From Mobula hypostoma (lineage: Eukaryota), in NCBI RefSeq assembly GCF_963921235.1, contig NC_086113.1, forward strand, positions 29,140,001 to 29,204,000: DNA of 64,000 nt, written 5' to 3'. The notes beneath the pieces were generated by a model. The model did not search any database and was not told where the DNA came from. It worked only from the letters and a program-made list of their open reading frames with translations. Shown piece by piece: positions 37,547-50,245 of this stretch. Numbering within the stretch: the stretch's first letter is position 1; each line of letters opens with the position of its first letter. A program made the translations under genes and the position numbers.

Positions 37547-40500
37547 GTGCTTCAGCTGACTGGAAACGTAGCTGAAAACTGGAAAAGATTTAAACAGCGT
37601 TTTGAAATTTATTTGTCGGCAATTGGAGCAGATAATAAAACGGAAAAAATAAAAGCTGCAATTCTACTCCACATAACAGAGGATGATGCAGTTGAGGTAT
37701 ATAAGCATTTTACTTTCGAAAATGGAGATAATTTGAATCTAAACCAATAATCGACAAATTTGACGCATTTTGTATACCGAAGTGTAATGTTACGTATGAG
37801 CGCTATAAATTTTTCAAGTCTCTGCAGAGACCTGGTCAAACGATTGATAAATTTGTTACGGAGTTGAGAAACCATAGTAAAAGATGTGAGTTTGCAGAGC
37901 TTACAGACCCTCTCATTAAAAACAGAATTGTTCGCGGCATTCTGGATAATGGTCTGAGAGATAGACTGTTAGAACAAGATTTGAACTTGGAGAAAGCTGT
38001 GGCACTCTGCCAAGCTTCTGAGACCATGATGTCGCAGGCTAAAGAGCTTTTTATCGAGAACAGCTGTGTAGGCACTGTAAAGTGCGACCATATTAGAAAA
38101 AATAATGCAGCAACAACGAAACAGACAGAGAGCAAGACATCATCTGAAAGAAAAAAACTTTGGTATCGCTGTGGGTGGCAACATCATCTAAAACAAGTGT
38201 CCAGCGTATCAGAAAATGTGCAACATCTGCGGTAAGAGCAATCATTTTTCACGCTGTTGCAGAAGTAGAAAGGAAATAAAACCAGTAAATGCAGTGCTTG
38301 AAAATGAACACGAGGAGTTTTTTTTTATAGATTATGAAAACAAACAAAGTAAGAATGGCTGGACTATACCATTGCAAGTGAACCAAAACATTATTCTGTT
38401 TAAATTGGATACTGGAGCACAAGTAAATGTTCTTGCAGAATCTGAGTTTAATGCATTAAAGCCAAGACCAAAGTTACATCAGACAAATATAAAAGTGACT
38501 GGGTATTCAGGTGCAGACATTCCAGTTAAAGGAACATGTGTGGCAAAAGTATGACACAAAAACATGGTGCACATGCTTTCATCTGTGGTGCTGCCAAAGA
38601 ATGTACAGTCAATACTGGCTTTATCTGCCTGTGAGAGACTGAATTTGGTGAATGGAGTCTTAGTCCTGGACAGTGACACAGAGTCAGAACACAGTGACTT
38701 GATGAAAGAGTATGAGGACTTGTTCAAAGGGCTTGGTTGTCTTCCAGGAGAGCACACGATTAAAATTCACAACACACTGCCACCCGTAGTACATCCATGT
38801 AGAAAAGTACCTTTTGCATTACGTGATCAACTGAAAACAGAGCTTGACAGAATGGAACGGTTAGGAGTCATACAAAAAATTGATGAACCGACTGAATAGA
38901 TCAATTTGCTTGTTATTGCTGATAAGAAAAATGGAGAACTGAGGATTTGCTTAGATCCAAGAGACTAGAATCAAGCCATTAAAAGAGAACATTTCAAATT
39001 GCCCACTCGTGAAGAAATTAGTCCCAGTTTGCTAATGCAAAGTACTTTAGTAAATTGGATGCATCCTCTATATTTTGGTAACTTAAACTAGATGAACCGA
39101 GTTCAAAGTTGTGTACCTTTATCACTCCTTTTGCCAGATATTGTTTTCTTAGGCTTCCGTTGGGAATTGTATCAGCTCCTGAAGTGTACCATAAAACCAT
39201 TCACATGCTATATGAGCATGTTGAGGGCATAGATAATATTATTGTTTGGGGATCATCTAAACAAGAACATGACGCCAGACTTAGACAAGTCTTAGAGGCA
39301 ACATGCAAGGCAAACCTGAAGTTGAGTAAAGACAAATGTCAGCTAGGAGTGACTGAAATTACCTTTGTGGGTGATATCATCAGCAAAGAGGGTGTGTGTC
39401 CTGATCCATTGAAGGTTTCTGCTATTGAGAACATGCCAAGACCGAAACGTAAAAAGGATGTTCAAAGGTTTATGGGAATGGTCAACTACATGGGAAAATT
39501 CATACCCAATCTTTCGGAACAGCTTGCTCCATCGAGGCAGCTAACAGAAAAGAAAAACAAATGGAGCTGGAATCATGAACAGGAGAAAGCATGGCAAAAT
39601 CTCAAGAAAGTGCTCACCAAGGAACCTGTGTTGAAATTCTGTGATGCTGAGAGACCCATCAGAATCTCATGTGATGTATCTAAAGGAGGCTTACGGGCAG
39701 TATTACTCCAAAAACATGATCAGAAATGGCTACCAGTGGCATATGCATCTCGTGCATTATCCGATCCAGAAACAAGGCATGCCCAAATTGAAAAAGAATT
39801 GCTCAGCATTATGTTTGCTTGTGAGAAATTTCATCAGTTTGTGTCAGGGCAATCTATTGATGTTGAAACCAATCATAAGACTCTGATTGCATTGTTTTGC
39901 AAACCTTTAAGCAACTGTCATTTGTGAATTCAGCGACTGATGATCAAATTACAAAGATATGCGTTGAATGTGTCATACACACCTGGAAAATTCATGAACA
40001 CGGCTGACACACTTTCCAGAGCTGTGGATCCAACAACAGAAGACAGTCACAGGGACACTACTGATGTTCAGGCATTTGTTGATATGATCATAGAGTCTGT
40101 ACCTGTTGCTCCCAAAAAGTTGGAACTACTGTTTCTTGAGACAGAGAAGGACAAAATTCTCAGTCAGGTAATGTAAGTGGACGGATGGCCAGATAATAAG
40201 TAAGCATGACTTTACCTCAGTAGTACAAGAATATTGGAACCACGGATCAGAACTGTCTGTTGTGGATGGGATATTGTACAAAGGTAGTAGAATTGTGATA
40301 CCTAAAAGTTTCCAAAAAGAAATGCTTGGGAAAATTCATGAAGGCCACCTAGATATTGAAAAGTGTAAGAGAACGGCGTGGGAAGTGATGTTTTGGCCCA
40401 GAATGAATCAAGAAATTGCAGAGTTGGTGCCTTCCTGTCAAATTGGATTAGATTAGATTATGAGGACACTCAGTCCTCATTTATTGTCATTTAGAAATGC

Positions 40501-42014
40501 ATGCATTAAAAAATGATACAACATTCCTCCAGAATGATATCACAAGAAACACAGGACAAACCAAGACTAAAACTGAAAAAAAAACACATAATTATAACAT
40601 ATAGTTACAACAGTGCAAAGCAATACCATAATTTGATAAAGAGCAGACCATGGGCACAGTAAAAAAAAGTCTCAAAGTCCCGATAGCCTAATCACCTCAC
40701 GCAGACGGTAGAAGGGAGAAACTCTCCCTGCCATGAACCTCCAAGCGCCGCAAACTTGCCGATGCAGCACCATTGGAAGCACCCGGCCGCAGCGGACTCT
40801 GAGTTCGTCCGAAAACTTCGAGCCTCCGACCAGCCCTTCGACACCGAGCACCGAGCACCATCCTCTGCCGAGCGCTTTGACCCTGCCCCGACGGCAGAGC
40901 AACAAGCAAAGGTGAGGACTCGGGGCCTTCCCCTCCGGAGATTTCGGACCACACAGTAGCAGCAGCAGCGAAGCAGGCATTTCAAAAGTTTCACTAGATG
41001 TTCCTCCATGCTCTCACGTCTGTCTCCATCAAATCAGGATTGTGCACGGCACCCTACTTGACAAATAACAGACATCACCACCGGAGTGGCTGCAGTGAGC
41101 TGCGTTGCGCCGCCATCTTCTCCTCTCCTCCAGGAGCTTATGCTTTAAATACCAACCTAGCAACCCTAAGCAGCCACTGCATCCACATTCTAGTCCTCAG
41201 AGACCTTATCTTGATCTTTTTGTAACTGACAACAAAGATTATCTATTAATAACAGATTATTACTCATTGTTTCCTGAAGTGTGTGGTTTGAGCAGAACAA
41301 CAGCAAAGAATGCAATTACATGCATGAAATCAGTTTTTTCCAGACATGGTGTACCTGATGAAGTTTTTACAGGCAATCGTCCACAATTCAGTGGTTAATG
41401 TATGAGACATTTTGCTCATGTATGGGGCTTTGTTCATACAACATCTAGTCCATTTTTCCCTCAGTCCAATGGATTGATTGAGAAGTCGGTAGGAATTATC
41501 AAGAAACTGATGCACAAAGCAAAAGATAATGGAGTTGATTTTTATAAAGCTTTGATAGCCTACCATAGTTCTCCACTTGAATGTGGATTTTCACCTGTTC
41601 AGCTCTTGATGGGACCCCGTTTGAGATCCAATCTGCCAATAGATGAGAGCCTTCTGAGAACGGAGGGAGGTGAACAAGTGAAAAGTCGGAAAGATGAACC
41701 CAAAGCAAAGCAGGAAACATACTTTGACAGATGTTCTCATCCATTACCTGAACTGCACCAAGGAGTTGAAGTGAGGATACAAGACAAGATGAACACATTG
41801 ACACAGAAAGCTACAGTACTTGAAGAAGTACAACTCAGATCATGCATGGTCCAAACAGAAGAAGGAGCAGTGTTAAGAAGAAATCCCAAAGACCTCAAGA
41901 AAGAGCCAACTTCAGAATTTCAGTTAACTGATGAAAATAACAACGAAACACAAGAACAGTGTGAACCTCTTAGAAAGTCTATTCCTGTTCGTAAACCCCC
42001 AGAGAGACTGATAG
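37547..42014 (+). pseudogene. Disrupted gag-pol of the Gypsy element
   Basis: A series of ORF fragments with stops and frameshifts. The RT catalytic motif is damaged (VEGIDNIIVWG) and the integrase zinc finger is interrupted by an insertion. Confidence 0.88.
40446..41135 (-). mobile_element. Young non-coding non-autonomous retroposon with (TAATC)n tail
   Basis: The minus strand starts GGAGAGGAGAAGATGGCGGCG, has a CpG-rich 5' half, and ends AATAAA-hairpin-(TAATC)3. It interrupts the integrase between SCQI and CFKYQP. Confidence 0.8.
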
Positions 42015-43789
42015 AAATAAAAGTTCTAGATATAATTCTTCCAGAATATGATTTGTTCTTAGTAATCCACGGTTCGTATAAAGAACACAACAACGGGGAG
42101 AACGTTCAAACTCCTTACAGGCAGTGGCAGGCATTGAACCCAGGATGCTGGTACTGTAAAGCGTTGTCCTAATTACTATGCCACTGTGCAGCCCCCATGT
42201 GAACTTCCTTTGAATTCTCTCCAGCTTCAGCACACCCTTTCTAAGAATAGGGGCCCAAATGTGTTCACAATACTTAAGGCCTCGCCAGTGTTTTAGTAAG
42301 TTTCAACATTACATCATTGCTTTTATATTTTAGTCCTCTTGAAATAAATGCTAACATTACATTTGCATTCCTCACCACAGACTCAGCCTGCAAATTAACC
42401 CCTAGGGAATCCTGCACAAGAACTCCCAAGTCCATTTGCACCTCCGTTTTTGTATTTTCTCTCCATTTAGAAAATAGTCATCCCTTCCATTTGTTCTACC
42501 AAAGTGCTTGACCATCCACTTCCCAGCAGTGTAATCCATCTGCTATTCTTTGCCTATTCTCCTAATTTGCTTAAGTCTTTCTGTAGTTTTTCTACTTCCT
42601 CAAATCTACCAGCCCCTCCACCCATCTTCATATTGTCTGCAAACTTTGCAACAAAGCCATCAATTCCATCATCCAAGTCATTGACGTGTAACATAAAGAG
42701 TATTGGTCCCAACACAGACTCCTGTGGAACACCACAAGTCATCGGCAGCCAGCCAAAAAAGGCTCCCTTTATTCCCACTCTTTGCCTCCTGTCAATCAGC
42801 AACTGTTTTATCCATACTAGAATCATTCCTGTAATACCATCAGGTCATAGATTGTTAAGCAGCCTCATGTGCGGCACCTTGTCAAAGGCTTTCTGAAAAT
42901 CCAAGTACACAACTTCAAGCGATTCTCCTTTGTCAATCCTGCTTGTTATCTCTTCGAAGAATTCCAACAGGTTTGTCAGGCAAAATTTTGCCTTGAGGAA
43001 ACTATGCTGACTATGGCCTATTTTATCATTTGCCACCAAGTACCCTGAGACCTCATCCTTAATAATCGGCTCCAACATCTTTCCAACCACTGAGGTCAGA
43101 CAAACTGGCCTATATTTTCTTTTTTTCTGCCTCTTTCCCCTCTTGAAGAGTGGAGTAATGTTTGCAATTTTCCAGGCTTCCGGAACCATTCCAGAAACTT
43201 GTGATTCTTAATACTAGTGATAACAATGAATTTTGCCCCCTGACACCTTTTAACTTGCACCATATTGCTAATGTCTTCCACAGTGAAGACTGATACAAAA
43301 TACTTATTCAGTTTGCCCACCATTTTGTTGTCTCCTGTTACTACTTCTTCAACATTGTTTTCCAGTTGTCCGATATCCACCCTCACCTCTCTTTTACACT
43401 TTATGTATCTGAAGAAACTTTTGGTATCCTCTTTAATATTATTGGCTAGCTTTCTTTCATATATAATGATATTTTTTGCCTTCTGTTGGTTTTTAAAAGA
43501 TCCCAATCCTGTAACTTACCATTAATATTTGCTCTATTATATGGCCTTATTTTCATGTTGACTTTGACTTCTCTTGTTAGCCATGGTTGTGTCATATTTC
43601 CTTTTGAATACTTCTTCATATTTGGAATGTAAATATCCTGTGCCTTCCAAATACCTCCGGAAATTCCAGCCATTGTTGCACTGCCATCATCCCTGCCAGT
43701 GTTCTTTTCCAATCAATTGTAGCCAACTCTTCTCTCACGTCTTTGTAATTCCCCTTACTCCACTGTAATACCAATACATCTGACTTCAA

Positions 43790-44735
43790 CTTCTTCTCAC
43801 CAGTGAAATGGGCCCTTCAAACCAACTAGTCCAAGCTGACTGTGATTCCTGATTTAACTCATTTAATTTGCATATGTTTGGCTGATATTCCTCTAAACCT
43901 TTCCTATCTATGGACCAGTCCAAGTACTTCTTAAATGTTGTTAACATACCTGCTTGAAGCACTTCATCTGGAAGCTCATTCCATATACTACTCAGTCTCT
44001 GGGTCAAAAAGTTTCCCCCTCAGATTTCCATTAAATCTCTTTCCTCTTATGTTAAACTTATGCTATCTAGTTCTTGGTTCTCTGCTCACTGAAAGGTGAT
44101 TGTACGTACTGACCCCACCTATGCCTTTCATGATTTTATGTACCTCTACATGATCACCTCTCATTCTTAACACTCCAATGAAAACGGTTCGAATATCCTC
44201 AACCTCTGTCCAAAACTCAGTCTCTCAAGTCTTGACAACATCCTTGGAAATCTCTTTTGCACTCTTTCCTGCTTAATGACATCTTTCCTATGGCAGTGTG
44301 ACCAAAAATGAATGTAAATGTGTTTTCATTAATGTCTTATATAAAAGCAACACAGCATCCCAACATCTGCTCTTTGGCCAAGCTGCAGTATGTCAGTGTG
44401 CCAAAAGCTTTCTTTGCCACCCTGTTTACCTGTGACACTACTTTCAGGGATCTATGCACTTGTACTCCTAGATCATTCTTTTGTACAACACTGAACAGGA
44501 GTCTGCTGTTAGTTATGAACGTCCTACTCCGATTTGTCTTCCCAAAATGCAATATTTCAAATTCATCAAAATTAAACCCTATTTGCCATCCCTCGGCCCA
44601 CTTACCTAGCGGATCAAGATTCCTCTGTAAGTGCTGATAACCATCTTCACTGTCAATGACATCGCCTATTTTATGTCATCTACAAGCCTACTAATTATTC
44701 TTTGCACGTTCTCTTTCATATCATTTATATAGATG
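43790..44735 (-). mobile_element. CR1 3'/RT fragment (second subfamily)
   Basis: ORFs 43786..44007 (TQR..IWNELPDEV) and 44337..44552 (MHFGKTN...DLGVQVHRSLKV). Confidence 0.85.
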
Positions 44736-44974
44736 TGAATGCTCTCCATATCCCAGATGATCTTAAATGTGTCTAACTCCAGTTCTAGTTCCTTAATATA
44801 GTCAGCAAGGAGCTGCAGCTGGACACACTTTCTGTATAGTCCTCAGAGATACTGTAAGCTTCTCTGATCTTCCACATATTCAGGATGAGCATACCACACC
44901 TCTGTCTCCTATCCTGATACTCCAAATGCAAGGATTAAAGTTGAGAGGCCCTACTTGTGCTTACCTTGATTCTT

Positions 44975-45660
44975 CTATAAGGTTCAAAGATTCATTTATT
45001 ACCCAAGCATGTAAACATATACAACTCTGAAAATTGCCTTTTCCAGATAGCCCCAAAATGAAGAAAGAATATGAAAGTCACTCAGAGAGAGGCATTAAAC
45101 CCACCCCACCCCCAACAGAATGGGACAAGAACATCAACCCACAAACATCCCCTTCCCTGCACAAATAACTAACAGACACAACAGAATATCCGCCTCAAAC
45201 AACCCTTTTCCCACATAAATAACTAACAAAACACAGTAGAATGTCAAACCCAAACACCCTCCCTTTGCACAACAAAACAGAAAAGGAATGGGTGATTAAA
45301 AAAGCACAGAATATCAAAAAACAGAACTCTCAAAGTCCATGGTCCATAAGCGCAGGAGTCCAATCCATTAACGCAGAACCACACTACCATACTCCAATAT
45401 CACCAACATTCATCGAAATTGAAGGACACCACACAAAGCAGAGAGGCCTATCTGCCTGCCACAGTGAGCCACACAGTCTCACTCACAGGCTCCTTCTCCA
45501 GCAGTGATCAAAAGGAAAGCAGTCGACATTGAATTCTTGCTTGCCATCCACATTCGCCTCGAAGCCTCAATCTTCCTCCGTACTTCAATTGGCAATTCAT
45601 GGATGCTTTAGCCAGCGAAATGAAGGCAAACATATCTCATGCCCCATCTTGAAGTTTCTT
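44975..45660 (-). mobile_element. Non-coding Rex-like non-autonomous element with an internal ~55-bp tandem repeat, inside CR1 5' sequence
   Basis: On the minus strand, AATAAA plus a TGAA-type tail at about 44980-45000, and CAAGATGG near 45650. Repeat units start at 45129, 45183 and 45238. Confidence 0.5.
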
Positions 45661-45959
45661 AGCATTGAAGCCATCCAAGTACACGCTCACTTCCCGGAAC
45701 CTTCTCAGAGACAGCAAAGCACTGTCACTCAGATAACCTCCAAAAGTAAATTACACTGCTCAGCCTCTTCATTGAAGCCCCACAGCCATAGCCTTAATAC
45801 TTTGACCTCGCACTTCAAACTTAAACAGAGCCACCCTCAAAATGTTTGCTCTGCTAGAGCCTGCTTCCCAATTTATATCTGCAAAGCAAGTACGAAACTC
45901 TGTTATTTCCTCCCTCTGCTCTAAGATGCTGCATCTCTAAAGTAACTGATACTGAGTAA

Positions 45960-46560
45960 GAACCAGCAAATTTGTTGTCAGCGTATACTGTCCAACTTAT
46001 CAAGAATGCAGAGCAAGATCACCACAGGTGCCCTTAGAAAATGTGCAAATTGCTGACAACCTTTTCAATATGTCTGTATTGATTTTTTTATCACAGAAGC
46101 TGCGATAACTTTATTGTTCTTATCGATATTCAATACAATTTAATTGAACTTCAAGGTGGGGCACCAAATACAAATAATTGATATTTGTAATCCTCGAGAT
46201 GCCTGAAGATTTTGTGTCAGTAAATGGACCTCAGTAGAGGTGATTTCTGTTTGGCCGCATCATGATGAGTATCAGTACAAAACACATATTATTTCTCCTA
46301 TGACATCACATCTAATGGCGAAGCTGAAAGGCGACACATACTCAAGGAAATCTTGAAGAGACCAGCTTTTTGAGGTAGCTCTCATGGAAACACGAATCAC
46401 CTTTTCGCTATCTTATTGGTACGACTCGTACAAGTCCACATTCTACCATTGGATTCAACCCGGTAGAGCTGTTAATGCATCTTTTACTCTAAGCACACTT
46501 GAGTTTATATAGCCCAGCTTGGGAGAGAAAGACAGCAATTGAAATAATAACAAAGAGATG
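45960..46560 (+). pseudogene. Ancient Gypsy integrase remnant
   Basis: Translatable motifs in the right order: CQECRARSPQVPL, MPEDFVSVNGPQ, SNGEAER, GFNPVELLM. Confidence 0.65.
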
Positions 46561-46639
46561 ATTCAAACCCCAACATTTAATTAAGAAGCAGGGAAGATGA
46601 GCAGTTTGGGTTATGTGAGAAATTGAAAGCATTAAGTCC

Positions 46640-49600
46640 AGTGGGCATGACCAGAGTTCCAGGGGGACCATGAGGAGGAATAAGGGGTATAAGCAGTTAG
46701 TGCAGGGTTCCATTCCCCTCAGCAGAAAGCATACCCTTTTGGATTCAGGGCAACACACACAAAGTGCATGAGGGACTTAGCAAGCCAGAGAACATCTAAG
46801 GAAAAGAGTAAACAGTTGACATGTCAGGCCACGACCCCTCATTAGCACTACTGTTGGAGAGGGATGACCTATCAGGGCACAGCGGAGGCAAGCAGGCTAA
46901 ATATATGGCTGGCTCTGAGGTTCATCATGGAAGGGTAAAGTCAGGTGCAGCGATAGTGATAGGAGGTGTGATAGTTAGGGGGTTGGACACAAAATTCTAT
47001 GGCTGTGAGAAAGACAACAGGATGGCGTGTTGCCTCCCAGGAGGTAGAATCAAGACTGCCTCAGAGTGACTGCAGAATATTATTAAGAGGGAGAATGAGT
47101 AGCCAGAGGCCATGGTGCATATTGCCATCAATGACACAGGTAGAAAGGGAAAGGGGGTTCTGTGTACTGAGTATAGGGAATTAGGGAAGAAGCTGAAGAG
47201 CAGGACCTCCAAGGTAGTAATCTCTCGTATACTCCCAGTGCCACATGCTAGTCAGGGCAGAAATAGAACAATAACACAGATGAATGAGTGGCTGAGGAAC
47301 TAGTGCAGGGGATCTGGAATCATTGGAAGGTAAGACCTGTATAAGAACATGGGTTACACCTGCATCCAAAGGGGCCAATATCCGGCAGGCAGGTTTGATA
47401 GAGCTGTTGGGGAGGCTGTAAAATAACTTGGCAGGAGTTTTGGGACAGCAGTGATAGTACCGAGAATGGGGCAGTTGGTATAAGAATATCTGCATTGCAT
47501 AGTGAGGCTAAGGAAGAACAGGCAGGTGATAGAGCAAAGTTGCAGTTGTTGGAATGAGTTGAAGTGTAACATGGGGAAAAATCAAAAAGTGTAATGAATA
47601 CCGGACTGAAGGTGTCAAATTTGAATGTACGTAGAATACAGAATAAGGTAAGTGATGTTGTAGTGTAGTTAGAGATTGGCAGGTATGACAGTGTGGGCAT
47701 CACTGAGTCATTCCTGAAAGAAGATCACAGTTGGGAGCATAACATCCAAGGATACACATTGTATCAAAAGAAAAGACAGGTTAGGCAGAGGGATTGGTGT
47801 GGCACTGTTGGAAAAAAATACTTAGAATGAGATGATTTAGGATGAAAAGACATAGAATCCTTGTGGGTAGAGTTAAGAAACTGAAAGGGTACAAAGATCC
47901 TGATAGCAGTTTTTTTTTTAAAAGAGCAGCTTGTACTTGTGCCTACTAAGGGAAAGGGAATACTGGATTGGGTGTTCTGCCATGAACAAGATTTGATTAA
48001 GGAGAGTATGATAAAGGAGCCTTAAAGAGACAGTGATCATAATATGATAGAATTCACCCTGCAGTTTGAGAAAGAAAAGATAAAGTCAGATGTATCACTA
48101 TTACAGTGGAGTAAAGGGACTTACAAAGGAATGAGAGAAGAGCTGGCCAAAATTGATTATAAGGGAACAATAGCATGGATAATAGAAGAACAGTAATGGC
48201 TGGAATTCCTGGGGGCAATTTGGAAGGCACAAGATGGATACAATCCAAAGATTTTATAGAGAGGATAAGGCAACTATAGCTGACAAGGGAATTCAAAGAC
48301 AGTAGAAAAGGGAAAAAGATTGAGCATATAATATAATAAAAATAATGGGAAGTTAGAGGATTGGGAAAGCAACAGAAGGCAATGAAAGAAAACCATAAGG
48401 AGAGAAAACCTGAAAAAATGAAGGTAGCAAGCCAATAATATCAAATATAATACCAAAAGAGTTTTCAGATATATAATGAGGAAAAGAGGGGTAAGAGTGG
48501 ATTATCGAACTACTGAAAAATAATGCTGGAGGGTTAGTAATAGGGAACAAAGAAATGGATGATGAACTTAAGTATTTTGCAGTAGTCTTTAATGTGGAAG
48601 ACATTAACAGCATACAAGACATTTGAGAATGTTAGGGGAAAAGTGAGTGCTGTTGCTTTTACTAAGGAGAAGGTGCTTGGGAAACAAAAATGTTTGACGG
48701 TAAATAAGCAATCTGGACCAGATGGGCAATACCCCAGGGTTCTAAAAGGAGTAGCTGAAGAGATTGTGGAGGCATTTATAATGATCTTTCAAGAATCTCT
48801 AGGTTCTGAAATGGTTCCAGAGCACTGGAAAGTTGCAAATGTCGCTCCACTCTTGAAGAAGTGAGGGATGCAGAAGAAAGGAAATTTATAACCCTGACTT
48901 CAGCGTTAGTAAGATGTAGGAATCTATGATTAAGGATGAGGTTTCAGGGTACTTGGAGGCACATGACAAAATAGGCCAAAGTCAAAATGATCTCCTGATA
49001 GAGAAATCTTGTTTCGCACATCTGTTGGAATTCTTTGAGGAAATAAATGGTACGATAGGCAAAAGAGAGTCAGTGGATCTTGTTTACTTGGATTTTCAGG
49101 TGGCCTTTGACAAGGTGCTTCACATGAGGCCGCTTAATAAGATAAGAGCCTATTATATTACAAGTAAGAAACTAACATGGATGGAAGATCGGCTGATTGG
49201 AAGGAGTCAAAGAGTGTGAATAAAGAGTGTGTTTAATGCTTGGCTACCTGCAACTATTGGTGTTCAGCAGGGTTTAGTATTTGGATTGCTTCTTGTCACG
49301 TTATATATCAATGATTTGGATAATAGTATTGATAGCTTTGTGAACAAGATTCTTGTTCATGTGAAGATATGTGGTGGGGCAGGGAGTGCTGAGGAAGCAA
49401 GGAGTCTGGGAGAATGGGCAAAGAAAGGACAGATGGAATACGGTGTAGGGAAGTGTATGGTCATGCACTTGGTAGAAAGAATAAGGACTTAGTCTATTTT
49501 CTAAATAGGCAGTAAATTCAAAATCAGATCTGCATAGGGACTTGGGAGTCCTTTTGTAGGAGTCCCTAAAGGTCAAATTGTAGGTTGAGTCAGTGGTAAG

Positions 49601-50245
49601 GAAGTCAATTGTGATGTTAGCATTCAATTTGAGAGGACCAGAACATAAAAGCAAGGATGTAATGCTGAGGCTTTATATGGCATTGATCAGACACCACTTA
49701 GATAAGCACTTCAGAACTGCTCACAATACTGCAAGAAAAGATGTGCTGACATTGTTGTGGGTCCAGAGGAGAGTCACAAGAATGATTCCAGGAATGTAAG
49801 AGTTAACATATGAGGAGCATTTGATGGCTCTGGGCTTGTATTCACTGGAGTTTAGAACAGTGAGGGAGATCTTAATAAAACCTCTCAAATATTGAAAGGC
49901 CTAGATACAATGTATATGGAGAGGATATTTCCTATAGCAGGTATGCCTAGGACTAGAGGGCACAGGTTCAGAAGATATGTCATTTAGAACAGAAATAAAG
50001 ATGAATTTCTTTAGCCAGACAGTGGTTAATTTGTGGAATTCATTGCCACAGATTGCTGTGAAGGCCACGTCATTGAGTATATTTAAAGCAGAAGATGATA
50101 GTTTCTCGATTTGTCAGGGCTTCAAAGGCTACAGGAGAAGACAGGTGAATGGTGTTGAGAGGAATATTGGATCAGCCAAGATGAAATGGCAGAGCACACC
50201 CACTGGGCTGAATGTCCTAATTTGGCTCCAATGTCTTATGGTCAA
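46640..50245 (+). mobile_element. Near-full-length decayed CR1 (esterase-type ORF1 plus ORF2), with a Penelope fragment at about 46750-46845
   Basis: ORF1 AIVIGGVIVRG..CCLPGG..VHIAINDTG..KVVISRILPVP (SGNH-like); APE domain; RT SGPDG.YPRVLK and YLDFQVAFDKV; 3' tail at about 50230. Confidence 0.9.

Larger units (their letters stand above)
37213..42092 (+). mobile_element. Gypsy LTR retrotransposon (non-chromoviral, tRNA-Leu primed), decayed, with a 5'-truncated 3' LTR
   Basis: 5' LTR 37213-37409; PBS TGGTGTTAGAAGTTGG; gag LTGNVAENWKRFKQRF; protease FKLDTGAQVNVL; RT/RNase H ORF 39109..39927; integrase HEGHL, TDYYS, SNGLIEK. The 3' LTR remnant 42015-42092 has 9 mismatches in 78 nt against 37332-37409. 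TSD ATGGC/ACGGG is degenerate. Confidence 0.95.
37035..42195 (-). mobile_element. V-SINE/HE1-like SINE split by the Gypsy element (halves 37035-37212 and 42093-42195)
   Basis: The left half ends CCCACGCAGTCATGGC and the right half starts ACGGGGAGAACG. Joined, they rebuild the core seen at about 32821 (ACGCACACAGTTACGGGGAGAAC). Confidence 0.8.
36550..43790 (-). mobile_element. CR1 ORF2 (RT to 3' end), split by the SINE/Gypsy nest at 37035-42195
   Basis: Tail at 36550. Sequence at 37030 resumes at 42196. ORFs 42554..42826 (GVPQESVLGP, KFADN) and 42845..43189 (YRPVCLTSVVGK, YLDFQKAFDKVPH). Confidence 0.9.

Noticed and set aside
39109-39927. 272-aa ORF as an intact or domesticated RT/RNase H gene
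   Set aside because: The catalytic YxDD region is damaged, the flanking pol has stops and frameshifts, and it lies within an LTR-bounded decayed element.
40672-41130. Overlapping ORFs and a CpG island as a host gene promoter
   Set aside because: They lie inside a tailed retroposon inserted in an integrase; the GC content explains the open frames.
41402-42172. 256-aa ORF as a novel protein
   Set aside because: It is an integrase C-terminus reading through a deletion into LTR and SINE sequence.
45085-45290. CRISPR-like repeat array
   Set aside because: The units are degenerate tandem repeats without unique spacers, the context is eukaryotic, and there are no cas genes.
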